64,000 nucleotides of DNA, taken from an uncultured Alphaproteobacteria bacterium (GTDB taxonomy: Bacteria > Pseudomonadota > Alphaproteobacteria > Acetobacterales > Acetobacteraceae). Every line of letters begins with the position of its first letter. Within the stretch, counting starts at the first letter, position 1. The notes beneath the pieces are model-generated. The model did not search any database and was not told where the DNA came from. It saw only the letters and a program-made list of their open reading frames with translations. The stretch spans positions 3,430 to 67,429 of the forward strand of contig CAVYXX010000068.1 of the NCBI GenBank assembly GCA_963772355.1. The letters run 5' to 3'. Of this stretch, positions 52,709 through 61,547 are shown in pieces. Position numbers and translations under genes: made by a program.

Positions 52709-53713
52709 CTAAAGGAAGTCGCGTAACAGCGGAATAAGCGGCTTGTCGGCGGGCGGCATTTCATACTCGGTCAGCTTCGCCGCGCGCACCCACGCCAGGG
52801 TCTGCTTCTCCCGCGGTGTCGGCGTGCCGTTCCAGCGGCGGCAGACGAACAGCGGCATCAACAGATGAAACCCCTCATAGTCGTGCGAGGCAAAGGCGAA
52901 GGGTGCCAGACAAGCGGCCGCCACATCGATACCCAGTTCCTCCTTTAACTCGCGGATCAGCGCGGCTTCGGGCGTTTCGCCCGGGTTCATCTTGCCGCCA
53001 GGGAATTCCCACAACCCGGCCATCTTCTTGCCCTCGGGGCGCCGAGCGAGCAGCACGCGGCCATCGACGTCGACCAGGGCACAAGCGGCGACCAGCAGCA
53101 GCGGCTTGGCATCCGGGCTGGCTGCATCCGGCGCAGGCGCTTCAGGGCGCCCGAAAATATCGTCACGCGTCGCCTCGAACACGGTGACGATATTGGTGTC
53201 GCCGGTGGTGAGGGACTCGCGCGCTCCGGTGCCGACGTCGCGGAATCCGATGCGGCGCAGCACCGCGCGGGAGGCGTCGTTGTCTTCGGTCACCTCCGCG
53301 ATGATCCGATCGAGCGTCAGATTGGCAAAGCCCCAACTGGTCAGCCGCTTCGCCGCCTCGGTAGCCACGCCGTGGCCCCAATAGGCGAGGCCGACCCAGT
53401 AACCGAGGCGGCCGGTCCGACGAGCGGCATCCACGCGCAAGCCGACGACGCCGACCAGCGTTTCTTTCTTCCCTTCCGTGCCGGTGATGGCGAGATGATA
53501 ACCGGTCCCGTCCGCTAGCTGCGCCGCCGTCGAGGTGATCCACTCGTCCGCCAGATCGCGTGGATAGGGGTAGGGAATCTCGGCCAGGGTGCGCGTCACC
53601 TCCCAATCGTTGACCAGACGGTGCAGCGCCTCGGCGTCTTGCGCGCGCAACGGCCGCAGAGTCAGCCGCTCGGTTTTCAGCGGTCTAAACCCTACGGCCT
53701 TAGGCTTGCTCAT
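52709..53713 (-). CDS. mutT: RimJ/L-type GNAT fused to a MutT Nudix hydrolase
   Basis: TERLTLRP..LGYWVG..WGHGVATEA; Nudix box GGKMNPGETPEAALIRELKEELG, MPPADKPL. Confidence 0.9.
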   Translation of the reverse strand: MSKPKAVGFRPLKTERLTLRPLRAQDAEALHRLVNDWEVTRTLAEIPYPYPRDLADEWITSTAAQLADGTGYHLAITGTEGKKETLVGVVGLRVDAARRTGRLGYWVGLAYWGHGVATEAAKRLTSWGFANLTLDRIIAEVTEDNDASRAVLRRIGFRDVGTGARESLTTGDTNIVTVFEATRDDIFGRPEAPAPDAASPDAKPLLLVAACALVDVDGRVLLARRPEGKKMAGLWEFPGGKMNPGETPEAALIRELKEELGIDVAAACLAPFAFASHDYEGFHLLMPLFVCRRWNGTPTPREKQTLAWVRAAKLTEYEMPPADKPLIPLLRDFL

Positions 53714-53866
53714 GCTTTTCCGAGGCCGGTTCGGTTGTTCGTCGGTGGGAATCGGGACGCACCCTGTCAGCGTGTTGCCGCAAAACGAAGTCGAGCGGAT
53801 GACATTTTAATCGGCTTGTGTTCCACATCGGCTAGTCGGAAACGCGGCCCGGAGCAAGAGGACGCA

Positions 53867-54907
53867 ATGGCAGCGCGAATGGCGAGAGTGGCGGTGGTCT
53901 GGCGCGGTGATCGCGAGGCACGACGCACGGCGACGCCACAGAACAACCGCTTTCATCGCGTGTTCGAGGAACTCGCCGCGATTGGCATTCACGCCGAGCC
54001 GGCGGTTTTCGATGAGAAATTTGCAGACGAGGTGCGCAGTCAGCTCCTAACGGTGGACGGTGTGCTGGTATGGGTCGATCCGTTGCACGAGGGGAAGACG
54101 CGCGCGGCGCTCGATTCGTTGCTGCGCGACGTCGCGGCACGTGGCCCCTGGGTGAGCGCGCATCCCGACGTGATCCTTAAGATGGGCGTGAAGGAGGTCT
54201 TGCACCGCACCAAGCATCTCGGATGGGGGGCAGATACGCACCTCTACCGCTCCGCGCAGGAGTTACGTCAGACATTTCCGGAGCGATTGCGAACGGCCGG
54301 TCCACGGGTGCTGAAGCAGAATCGCGGCAACGCCGGCCAGGGAGTGTGGAAGGTCGAACCGATCGATCCACTTCTCGGCGGCGCGGCAGTGCGGGTACTG
54401 CATGCGCAGCGCGGAAGCACGCCGGAGGAGCTCGCGTTGGCCGACTTCATGGCCCGGTGTGAGGTGTATTTTACGCCCGACGGCTGCATTGTGGATCAGC
54501 CGTTCCAGCCGCGCCTTCCGGACGGAATGATCCGGTGCTATATGGGCGCCGACAAGGTCGTGGGCTTTGGCCACCAGTTCATCAAGGCGCTGATCCCGCC
54601 ACCCCCCGAAGGACCGGATTCGGTGGCGGCGCAACCCGGTCCGCGGATCATGCACCCTGCCGCGGCCGAGCCGTTTCGGACACTGAAGACCAAAATGGAG
54701 ACCGAGTGGACGCCTCAGATGCTGGCAACGCTAGGCATTGACGCCGCGTCGTTGCCGATCATCTGGGATGCCGACTTTCTCTATGGACCGCGCGCCGCGG
54801 CAGGCCAAGACACGTATGTGCTCTGCGAAATCAACGTCAGTTCGGTCTTCGCCATCCCGGATCAAGCGCCGGCTGAAATTGCCCGCCTCGTTGCTACACG
54901 ATTATGA
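53867..54907 (+). CDS. Cj0069-family ATP-grasp-like protein
   Basis: VLVWVDP, VSAHPDVILKMGVKEVL, RVLKQNRG..G.GVW, IRCY, WDADF, LCEINVSSV; GAGGA RBS. Confidence 0.75.
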   Translation: MAARMARVAVVWRGDREARRTATPQNNRFHRVFEELAAIGIHAEPAVFDEKFADEVRSQLLTVDGVLVWVDPLHEGKTRAALDSLLRDVAARGPWVSAHPDVILKMGVKEVLHRTKHLGWGADTHLYRSAQELRQTFPERLRTAGPRVLKQNRGNAGQGVWKVEPIDPLLGGAAVRVLHAQRGSTPEELALADFMARCEVYFTPDGCIVDQPFQPRLPDGMIRCYMGADKVVGFGHQFIKALIPPPPEGPDSVAAQPGPRIMHPAAAEPFRTLKTKMETEWTPQMLATLGIDAASLPIIWDADFLYGPRAAAGQDTYVLCEINVSSVFAIPDQAPAEIARLVATRL

Positions 54908-54981
54908 GCGGCGCTGCCCCGCGATCGCGTTAAGCCCGTGCGTCCCCTACAGGCGATGAAGCCCGGGTAAAAGTGCGATGG

Positions 54982-54998
54982 CATAATACTGTCTTAAA
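54982..54998 (+). promoter_or_regulatory. OmpR-family (QseB/PmrA-like) direct-repeat box, copy 1
   Basis: CATAAT-ACTGT-CTTAAA; 15/17 identical to 57484-57500. Confidence 0.65.
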
Positions 54999-55061
54999 CC
55001 GCAGGAGCGACAAACCGGCGTGCGAGCCGTCAAAGCGCTTGCCGGTTAATGGAGGAGTAAA

Positions 55062-55310
55062 ATGAAGATTTCTACAGCGGCGCTCGGGGTGATCCTGCTG
55101 GCGGGTTCGCCGGGACTTGCATTCGCCGCGGACAAGATGACCGATGCCCAGATCCAGGAGAAACTTAAGGCGGACGGTTATACCAATGTTCAGATCACCG
55201 AGCACGACAAAGACCATGTTGACGTCAAAGCCATGAAAAACGGGAAGACAGAAAAGCTGGCCGTCAACCCAAAAACGGGCGCCGTGACGCCGGACAACGA
55301 CAATGACTGA
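55062..55310 (+). CDS. Periplasmic PepSY-domain protein
   Basis: GGAGGAG RBS; signal peptide; IQEKLKADGYTNV..VKAMKNG..LAVNPKTG. Confidence 0.85.
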   Translation: MKISTAALGVILLAGSPGLAFAADKMTDAQIQEKLKADGYTNVQITEHDKDHVDVKAMKNGKTEKLAVNPKTGAVTPDNDND

Positions 55311-55349
55311 CGGCGCGGAGTCGGCCGCCCGCTGAATCCCCCTTGGCGG

Positions 55350-56720
55350 TCAAACGTGGCGGAGCTTTAGGGTAAAAAGAGCTCCGCCACCTGTCGCTTG
55401 GTCCACCTCGACCGCGCCGCCATGAGCGCGTGCGATCTCCGCAACGATTGCGAGGCCGAGGCCTGCTCCCGCATGATGCGCGCCTCGGCCTCGCCAGAAT
55501 CGCTTGAAAATGTGTGCTCGGTCGTCGGAGGCGACACCAGGTCCCCGATCTGAAACACTGACATGGCCCACGGGATCAACCGAGATGGTCACCTCGGTCC
55601 CCACCGGCGTGTAGGTAACCGCGTTCTCGATCAGGTTGCGCAGTGCGTCCGTCACCGCACCCGCATCGCCGTGCACCTGCACGGGGCGGCCCTCGGCAGC
55701 CTCAAACCCGAGCGCTCGCCCGCGCTCTATCGCCCAGGGCGCGAGATATTCCACGCAAGCGGCCGCCGTGGCGCACAGGTCGATGACCTTGCTGGTGTCC
55801 ATCGGGGCGGCATCCAGCCGGGCCACCCGCAAAAGCTGCGCGACCAGTCGATTTATGCGGGCCGCGTCGTCGCGAAGCTTGCCAACTTCGGGGCTGTCTT
55901 GAAGCGCCTCAAGACCCGCGGTGAGGATTGCCAGCGGGGTTCGTATCTCGTGTGCCGCGTTTGCTGTGAACTGGCGCTGCACCGCGAATGCCTTCTCCAG
56001 GCGATCGAGTGCATGATTGACGGCCGCTGCCAGGGGCGCGAGTTCGGTCGGCAGTGCCTCAACGGGAAGCCGCACGCCGCTGCGATCGGGCGTAATCGAG
56101 GCGGCACGCTCCGACGCCAGCCGGACCGGCCGCAGACCGCGCCGGATGCTCCATACGCCGACGGCCAGCGTCGCCGCGGCGAAAAGCGGAATTACCCAGG
56201 CGACCTCCCGCACGAACTCCTGCAACAGGGCGTGCGCCAGCGCGTCGGCGTCCGAAGCTCGCGCCACCAGGACGGTGACGGGCCCGGTTGGGCTGACAGC
56301 CGACACGATCACCCCGTAATAATCCTGGTTGGTCGAGCCCCAATCCTCCAGCCGAAGAGGATGGGGCGCCGTGCCCGCGGGCGATGATTGCGCGATCACC
56401 GCCGCCAATTCGGGCTCGGACGCGGCGATCAACCGGCCGTCGCCGGCCCGCAGGGCAAATATGTCGGTGCGGCCGGGCGAGCGATAGGTTTGGTCGAGCC
56501 TGGCCGGCAGCTCCAGATGCAGTGTCCCGTCGGAACCGGCCGCGACGTATTGCGCAATCTCCGCCGCCCGGCGTGCCAACTGCTCGTTGCCGAGTGCATC
56601 CGCCGCATTCATGCCCTCGTAGACGATCGCTCCAACGCCAAGCGCGGTGGCGACGAGAATAACGGCGGCCAGGCGGATAGCGAGTTGCGCCTGAAGCGAC
56701 CGGAGGCGCAGCCGCATCAT
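55350..56720 (-). CDS. Membrane sensor histidine kinase (QseC-like, HAMP)
   Basis: Two TMs, AAHEIRTPL, NLIENA, DRGPG, GAGLGL. Confidence 0.93.
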   Translation of the reverse strand: MMRLRLRSLQAQLAIRLAAVILVATALGVGAIVYEGMNAADALGNEQLARRAAEIAQYVAAGSDGTLHLELPARLDQTYRSPGRTDIFALRAGDGRLIAASEPELAAVIAQSSPAGTAPHPLRLEDWGSTNQDYYGVIVSAVSPTGPVTVLVARASDADALAHALLQEFVREVAWVIPLFAAATLAVGVWSIRRGLRPVRLASERAASITPDRSGVRLPVEALPTELAPLAAAVNHALDRLEKAFAVQRQFTANAAHEIRTPLAILTAGLEALQDSPEVGKLRDDAARINRLVAQLLRVARLDAAPMDTSKVIDLCATAAACVEYLAPWAIERGRALGFEAAEGRPVQVHGDAGAVTDALRNLIENAVTYTPVGTEVTISVDPVGHVSVSDRGPGVASDDRAHIFKRFWRGRGAHHAGAGLGLAIVAEIARAHGGAVEVDQATGGGALFTLKLRHV

Positions 56721-57393
56721 CCCACTTTGTCGGCGAGGATATAGCCGATGCCGCGCACGGTATGGATCTCCGCCGCCGCCTGGGCTTCGACAAGTTTCCG
56801 CCTGAGGTGGTGAACGTGAACCGGGATGGCGTTCGAGCCGAGCTCCTCGTCGATGCCGTAGAGCTTTTCTTCCAGCACGTTCTTCGGTACGACGCGGCCG
56901 AAACGGCGCATGAGGTGTTCGAGGATGGCGAGTTCCTGGCGGGGTAGAGCCACCACCGCCGCGCCGATCCGAACGTCACGGCCGATCGTGTCGAAGATGA
57001 TATTGCCCGCTTCGAGCACCGTGCCGAGGGCGTGTCCGGGTCTTCGCAGCAGCGCCTTGGTTCGCGCAATCAATTCCGCCATGGCGAAAGGCTTGACGAG
57101 ATAGTCATCCGCCCCCGCGTCCAGGCCGGTCACCCTTGCCTCGACCGCATCGCGGGCCGTCAGCACCAGAACGGGCACAAGGCTTCCGGCGCGTCTTAGT
57201 TCGGTTAGAAATTCAGGCCATCGCCATCCGGCAGCCCAAGGTCGAGAATGACGGCATCGTACGGGGCAAGCGGGATTACCGCGCGAGCGTCAGCCACCGT
57301 GTCTACCGCGTCCACCGCAAAGCCAGCTCGGCTTAAGGCTGCCCGCAAAACCTCGGTGATCCGTGCTTCATCCTCGACGACCAGCAGACGCAT
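56717..57393 (-). CDS. OmpR-family response regulator (frameshift near 57205)
   Basis: MRLLVVEDE, LDLGLPDGDG, GADDYLVKPF, LRRKL, IHTVRGIGY. Confidence 0.9.
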
Positions 57394-57483
57394 CCATGCC
57401 TCGTTGCGAGCTCAGCGACCTTCGCGAGCGGATGAAGAAATCATGCATTGTTTATGGCAGTTTTAAGCCTTTGTGATGAGCGA

Positions 57484-57500
57484 CATAATTCTATCTTAAA
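57484..57500 (+). promoter_or_regulatory. OmpR-family direct-repeat box, copy 2 (divergent regulator/cytochrome promoter)
   Basis: CATAAT-TCTAT-CTTAAA. Confidence 0.65.
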
Positions 57501-57580
57501 AAAAGACGGCTAGTCTGGCGGAGGTCTTCCGGCACAGGAGAAACATCCATGCAGCGCTTTGCCCGTGTTCCCGCGGCCGT

Positions 57581-59239
57581 ATGATGCTCCACCGCCGTTA
57601 TATCGCATTCGCGCTCGTTGTCTTGGTGGTCATCGCGCTCGCAGGGGCAGCCGTTTGGCGATCGGTCGTTCCCGGCCTATCGAGTGCGCGTGGCGATCCG
57701 CCGGCGATCGAGGTGTCCGTCGCAACCTTGCTGTTGCGAGCCAGTGTGCCCGCCGAGGATAAGGCGCGGACTAATCCGCTTGGCGGCGACCCCGCCGATA
57801 TCGCGGCAGGTCAGGATATCTTCCGGCAAAAGTGCGAAGTCTGCCATGGCTATGACGGGAGCGGCAAAACGGACATCGGCGCCGGCGAATATCCCAGGCC
57901 GCCCGCGCTTCGCTCGATGAACATCATGGCGTTGACGGATGGAGAGATTTTCTATCACATCCGGAACGGTATTCGAAATACCGGTATGCCGGCATGGTCG
58001 ATGCCGGACGGCCAAGTCTGGCAGCTTGTCACCTACCTTCGCCACCTGCCCAAGGTCGCGTCGCTGTCGCCTGATCCTGTCGCCGAGACAAAATCTCCCG
58101 ACCCCCCGGCCCACTATGCTGGCTCAGAGGCCTGCCGGTCGTGCCACACGGCCATCTACGATCGGTGGAGCAAGACGCTGATGGCGAACGTCGTCCGCGA
58201 CCCGAAACAGCACCCGGAGGCGATTATCCCGGACTTCGCCAAGCCGGACCCGCTCCTCACTTTTACGAAAGACGACGTGGCCTTTGTCTATGGCAGCAAG
58301 TGGAAGCAGCGCTATTTCAAGAAAAGTGGTGACGATTATTATCCATTGCCGGCGCAATGGGATGTCACCCACAAAATATGGCGCAAATACTTCGTTCCCA
58401 ACGGCGCGGATTGGTGGGTGCCGTTCTATCCGGCCGATAATGCCCAGCGGCCAACCGGCCCGCTCTGCGACGGGTGCCACTCCGTGAACTACGACATCGC
58501 GACAAGGACGGTGACCGAATGGAATGTCGGGTGCGAGCGCTGCCATGGCCCCGGCAGCGAGCATATCGCCAAGCCGGTCCGGGAAACCGTCGTGAACCCG
58601 GCGCGCCTCGACTATGTGCGTGCGAGCGACACCTGCATCCAATGTCACTCGCAAGGGCAGCCGCTTAAAAATCCGATTGACGGAAAATACTACGACTGGC
58701 CCGTCGGGTTTCACATGGGTCTCGACCTCAACGATTTCTGGAAGCTCGAAGATCACAAGCTCGGCGAGACCACTTTCACGCATTTCGCGGATGGGACGGC
58801 GCACAAGAACCGAATGCAGGGCAACGATTTCGTGACCAGCCTGATGTATACACGCGGCGTCACCTGCTTCAGTTGCCATGACCCGCACGGCTCGGACAAC
58901 GACGCCATGTTGCGGCAACCTGTCAGCACTATCTGTCTGTCCTGCCACGGGCCGAACACGCAAAATGGGCCGCATGCAGCGACGATCGAGCAGCATACTC
59001 ATCACACGGCGGGCAGCACCGGCAGCCAATGCGTCGCCTGCCATATGCCGAAGATCGAACAGACGATCGCCGACGTGAACGTCCGTAGCCACACCTTCCA
59101 TTTCGTCTACCCGGATCGAACCGACAGCTTGAAAATCCCCAACGCGTGCAATGTCTGCCACACCGACAAGTCGACGGCATGGGCCGCCGACGCCCTGCTG
59201 CATTGGAAGGATCGTTCCCCCTGGCGCGTCGCGGATTAG
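57581..59239 (+). CDS. Membrane-anchored multiheme c-type cytochrome, 9 CxxCH (monoheme domain plus 8-heme domain)
   Basis: CEVCH, CRSCH, CDGCH, CERCH, CIQCH, CFSCH, CLSCH, CVACH, CNVCH; N-terminal TM; GMPAW distal Met. True start may be ATG 57549 (AGGAG RBS), one base out of frame. Confidence 0.92.
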   Translation: MMLHRRYIAFALVVLVVIALAGAAVWRSVVPGLSSARGDPPAIEVSVATLLLRASVPAEDKARTNPLGGDPADIAAGQDIFRQKCEVCHGYDGSGKTDIGAGEYPRPPALRSMNIMALTDGEIFYHIRNGIRNTGMPAWSMPDGQVWQLVTYLRHLPKVASLSPDPVAETKSPDPPAHYAGSEACRSCHTAIYDRWSKTLMANVVRDPKQHPEAIIPDFAKPDPLLTFTKDDVAFVYGSKWKQRYFKKSGDDYYPLPAQWDVTHKIWRKYFVPNGADWWVPFYPADNAQRPTGPLCDGCHSVNYDIATRTVTEWNVGCERCHGPGSEHIAKPVRETVVNPARLDYVRASDTCIQCHSQGQPLKNPIDGKYYDWPVGFHMGLDLNDFWKLEDHKLGETTFTHFADGTAHKNRMQGNDFVTSLMYTRGVTCFSCHDPHGSDNDAMLRQPVSTICLSCHGPNTQNGPHAATIEQHTHHTAGSTGSQCVACHMPKIEQTIADVNVRSHTFHFVYPDRTDSLKIPNACNVCHTDKSTAWAADALLHWKDRSPWRVAD

Positions 59240-59270
59240 TCTAGAGGTACGCCCGATGCACGACCTCGGA
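58907..59270 (+). repeat. Direct repeat copy 1 (cytochrome 3' end plus start of next gene); copy 2 at 60170-60530
   Basis: 364 vs 361 bp, collinear, one 3-bp indel, mostly synonymous differences. Confidence 0.92.
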
Positions 59271-60074
59271 AGGGGCCGGAGGATCGGCCCGGGCCTGCTC
59301 GCGGTTGGCCTGTTTTCGGTGCTCTCAGGCGTAGGGATGCCTTTGTCAGCTCAAGCGGGATCACCCTTTCTGACCGACGATCCCGAGCCTGTGGAGTATG
59401 GCCACTGGGAAATTATCGGCTTCTCGCTCGGCACCCTGGTGCACGGCGATTTAATAGGCGCTCTACCCGGCTTGGAGATCAACTTCGGCGCTTGGCCGGA
59501 CGTGCAATTGCATTTGAAATTGCAAGTTGCCTTCAACAGCCAGAGCGTCACCGGGACCGAGTTCGGTTATGGCGATACCGAAATCGGGGTGAAATACCGC
59601 TTCATCGATTCAGGCAAAGATAATTGGTGGCCCGAAGTTGCAACCTTTCCGACCCTGAGTGCCGCAACCGGTGACGCGTCGCGCGGTCTGGGACTGGGCG
59701 TGACGCACGCCTTCTTGCCGTTGTGGATCCAAAAGAATTTTGACAAGTGGACGACCTACGGTGGCGGAGGATACGGGATTAATCCTGGGCCAGGCAACAG
59801 GAACTACTGGTTCTTTGGATGGGAACTTCAGCGCCGGATTACCGATAATCTAACCCTCGGCGCCGAGTTGTTTTATCAGTCAGCTTTCTCGACTGCAGGA
59901 CCCGGCAGCGTCGGCTTTCCGGTCGGCAGCGAACCCACCACCGGCTTCAACCTCGGCGGAGCCTATGACTTCTCGGACAGCTACCACCTGCTGTTCTCGG
60001 CGGGACACGGGATCCAAAACGCGTCAACAAGCAACGAGTTCTCGTATTACATTGGTATTCAATGGACCTTTTGA
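59256..60074 (+). CDS. Outer-membrane beta-barrel protein (transporter/porin-like)
   Basis: Signal peptide ending AQA; GSPFLTDDPEP, GYGDTEIGVKYRF, amphipathic aromatic strands, C-terminal YIGIQWTF (BAM beta-signal). Confidence 0.8.
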   Translation: MHDLGRGRRIGPGLLAVGLFSVLSGVGMPLSAQAGSPFLTDDPEPVEYGHWEIIGFSLGTLVHGDLIGALPGLEINFGAWPDVQLHLKLQVAFNSQSVTGTEFGYGDTEIGVKYRFIDSGKDNWWPEVATFPTLSAATGDASRGLGLGVTHAFLPLWIQKNFDKWTTYGGGGYGINPGPGNRNYWFFGWELQRRITDNLTLGAELFYQSAFSTAGPGSVGFPVGSEPTTGFNLGGAYDFSDSYHLLFSAGHGIQNASTSNEFSYYIGIQWTF

Positions 60075-60169
60075 ACACCGGACGCGATGGGCCGACCAGA
60101 AGCAGCAGTGCCCCCGCCTCAACGGCCATTTCACCAGCGAAGATTCCAAGCGGAGCGTAACGCTGGCTC

Positions 60170-60499
60170 ATGCTGCGGCAGCCTGCCAGCAGCATATGTC
60201 TGTCCTGCCACGGGCCGAATACGCAAAATGGGCCGCATGCAGCAACGATCGAACAGCACACGCACCACGCCGCGGGCAGCACGGGAAGTCAATGTGTTGC
60301 CTGCCATATGCCGAAGATCGAACAGACGATCGCCGACGTGAACGTCCACAGCCACACCTTCCACTTCGTCTACCCGGATCGGACCGACAGCTTGAAAATC
60401 CCGAACGCGTGCAATGTCTGCCACACGGACAAGTCGACAGCATGGGCCGCCGACGCCCTGCATTGGAAGCATCGTTCCCCCTGGCGCGTCGCGGACTAA
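60170..60499 (+). CDS. Duplicated triheme C-terminal fragment of the cytochrome (intact frame, no signal peptide)
   Basis: CLSCH, CVACH, CNVCH; near-identical to the last 110 aa of 57581-59239; may be non-functional. Confidence 0.55.
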   Translation: MLRQPASSICLSCHGPNTQNGPHAATIEQHTHHAAGSTGSQCVACHMPKIEQTIADVNVHSHTFHFVYPDRTDSLKIPNACNVCHTDKSTAWAADALHWKHRSPWRVAD

Positions 60500-60677
60500 T
60501 CTAGAGGCACGTCCGATGCACGATCTTGGACCGGTCGATGACCTGCCCATTGCCCGAGATTTAGCTTTGTCACGTGAGATGAGCGATCGTTGGAGCCCCA
60601 CAGGGGGCAGGCTGACTTGGCGCGATTCCGCCGCTCCAGCTAAATTGCCGGTCTGATCGCGGGTCTCCGCCAGCGTC

Positions 60678-60694
60678 ATCTTGATTTCCAAGAT
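60678..60694. promoter_or_regulatory. Perfect palindromic operator (GntR-like) upstream of the SDR-RLP-kinase operon
   Basis: ATCTTG-ATTTC-CAAGAT. Confidence 0.55.
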
Positions 60695-60750
60695 CTTCTT
60701 GGGCTTCCTGTGGCCGGGCATCGCCCTAGAGCAGCAAAGCGGACCAACCG

Positions 60751-61545
60751 ATGAGCAAGCGTTTGGACAACAAGGTCGCCATCGTCTTCGGCGCTGGATC
60801 CGTCGGAGAGGGCTGGGGCAACGGTAAAGCAACCGCCACTCTGTTCGCCCGCGAGGGCGCTCGGGTGGTCTGCGTCGATAACAGGCAAGAGGCCGCGCAG
60901 CAGACTGTGGATATCATTCGGGGCGAGGGAAACCAGGCCTCCGCCGCGATCTGCGACGTCACACGCTCCGATGAGGTACGGGACCTGGTCGATCGGGTGG
61001 CCGCAGAGCACGGGCACATTGACGTGCTGCACAACAATGTCGGCTACGCCACCATGGGCGGCCCGATCGAGCTCGACGAGGCCGCTTGGCACCGCACGTT
61101 CGACCTCAACGTCACCGGCTGCTTCCTGACCTGCAAGCACGTGCTTCCACACATGCTGCGCCAGGGCTCGGGCGCCATCGTCAACGTCTCATCGATCGCA
61201 GCCGTCCGCTACACTGGTTATCCGTACGTCGCCTACTATGCCGCCAAAGCCGCGGTGAACAACTTCACCATGGGGCTGGCGCTGCAGTACGCGGCGCAGA
61301 ACATTCGAGTAAACGCAATCATGCCTGGGCTGATGAACACGCCGCTGATCCATCAGCAGATTTCCGGCCAATATGCCGATGCCGCGGAGATGGTGCGCGC
61401 GCGCGACGCCGCCTGCCCCACCGGGCGGATGGGCACCGCTTGGGATATCGCCAAGGCCGCCCTGTTCCTGGCCAGCGACGACGCGGCCTATATAACCGGC
61501 GTTAGCCTGCCGGTGGACGGCGGCCTGTCATGCCGGGCGGCGTGA
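60751..61545 (+). CDS. SDR oxidoreductase
   Basis: GAGSVGEGWGNG, HNNVG, YYAAK, ITGVSLPVDGG. Confidence 0.93.
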   Translation: MSKRLDNKVAIVFGAGSVGEGWGNGKATATLFAREGARVVCVDNRQEAAQQTVDIIRGEGNQASAAICDVTRSDEVRDLVDRVAAEHGHIDVLHNNVGYATMGGPIELDEAAWHRTFDLNVTGCFLTCKHVLPHMLRQGSGAIVNVSSIAAVRYTGYPYVAYYAAKAAVNNFTMGLALQYAAQNIRVNAIMPGLMNTPLIHQQISGQYADAAEMVRARDAACPTGRMGTAWDIAKAALFLASDDAAYITGVSLPVDGGLSCRAA

Positions 61546-61547
61546 CG

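Noticed and set aside
58907-60530. Diversity-generating retroelement TR/VR pair
   Set aside because: Differences are mostly third-position synonymous and not adenine-specific, and no reverse transcriptase is present in the window.
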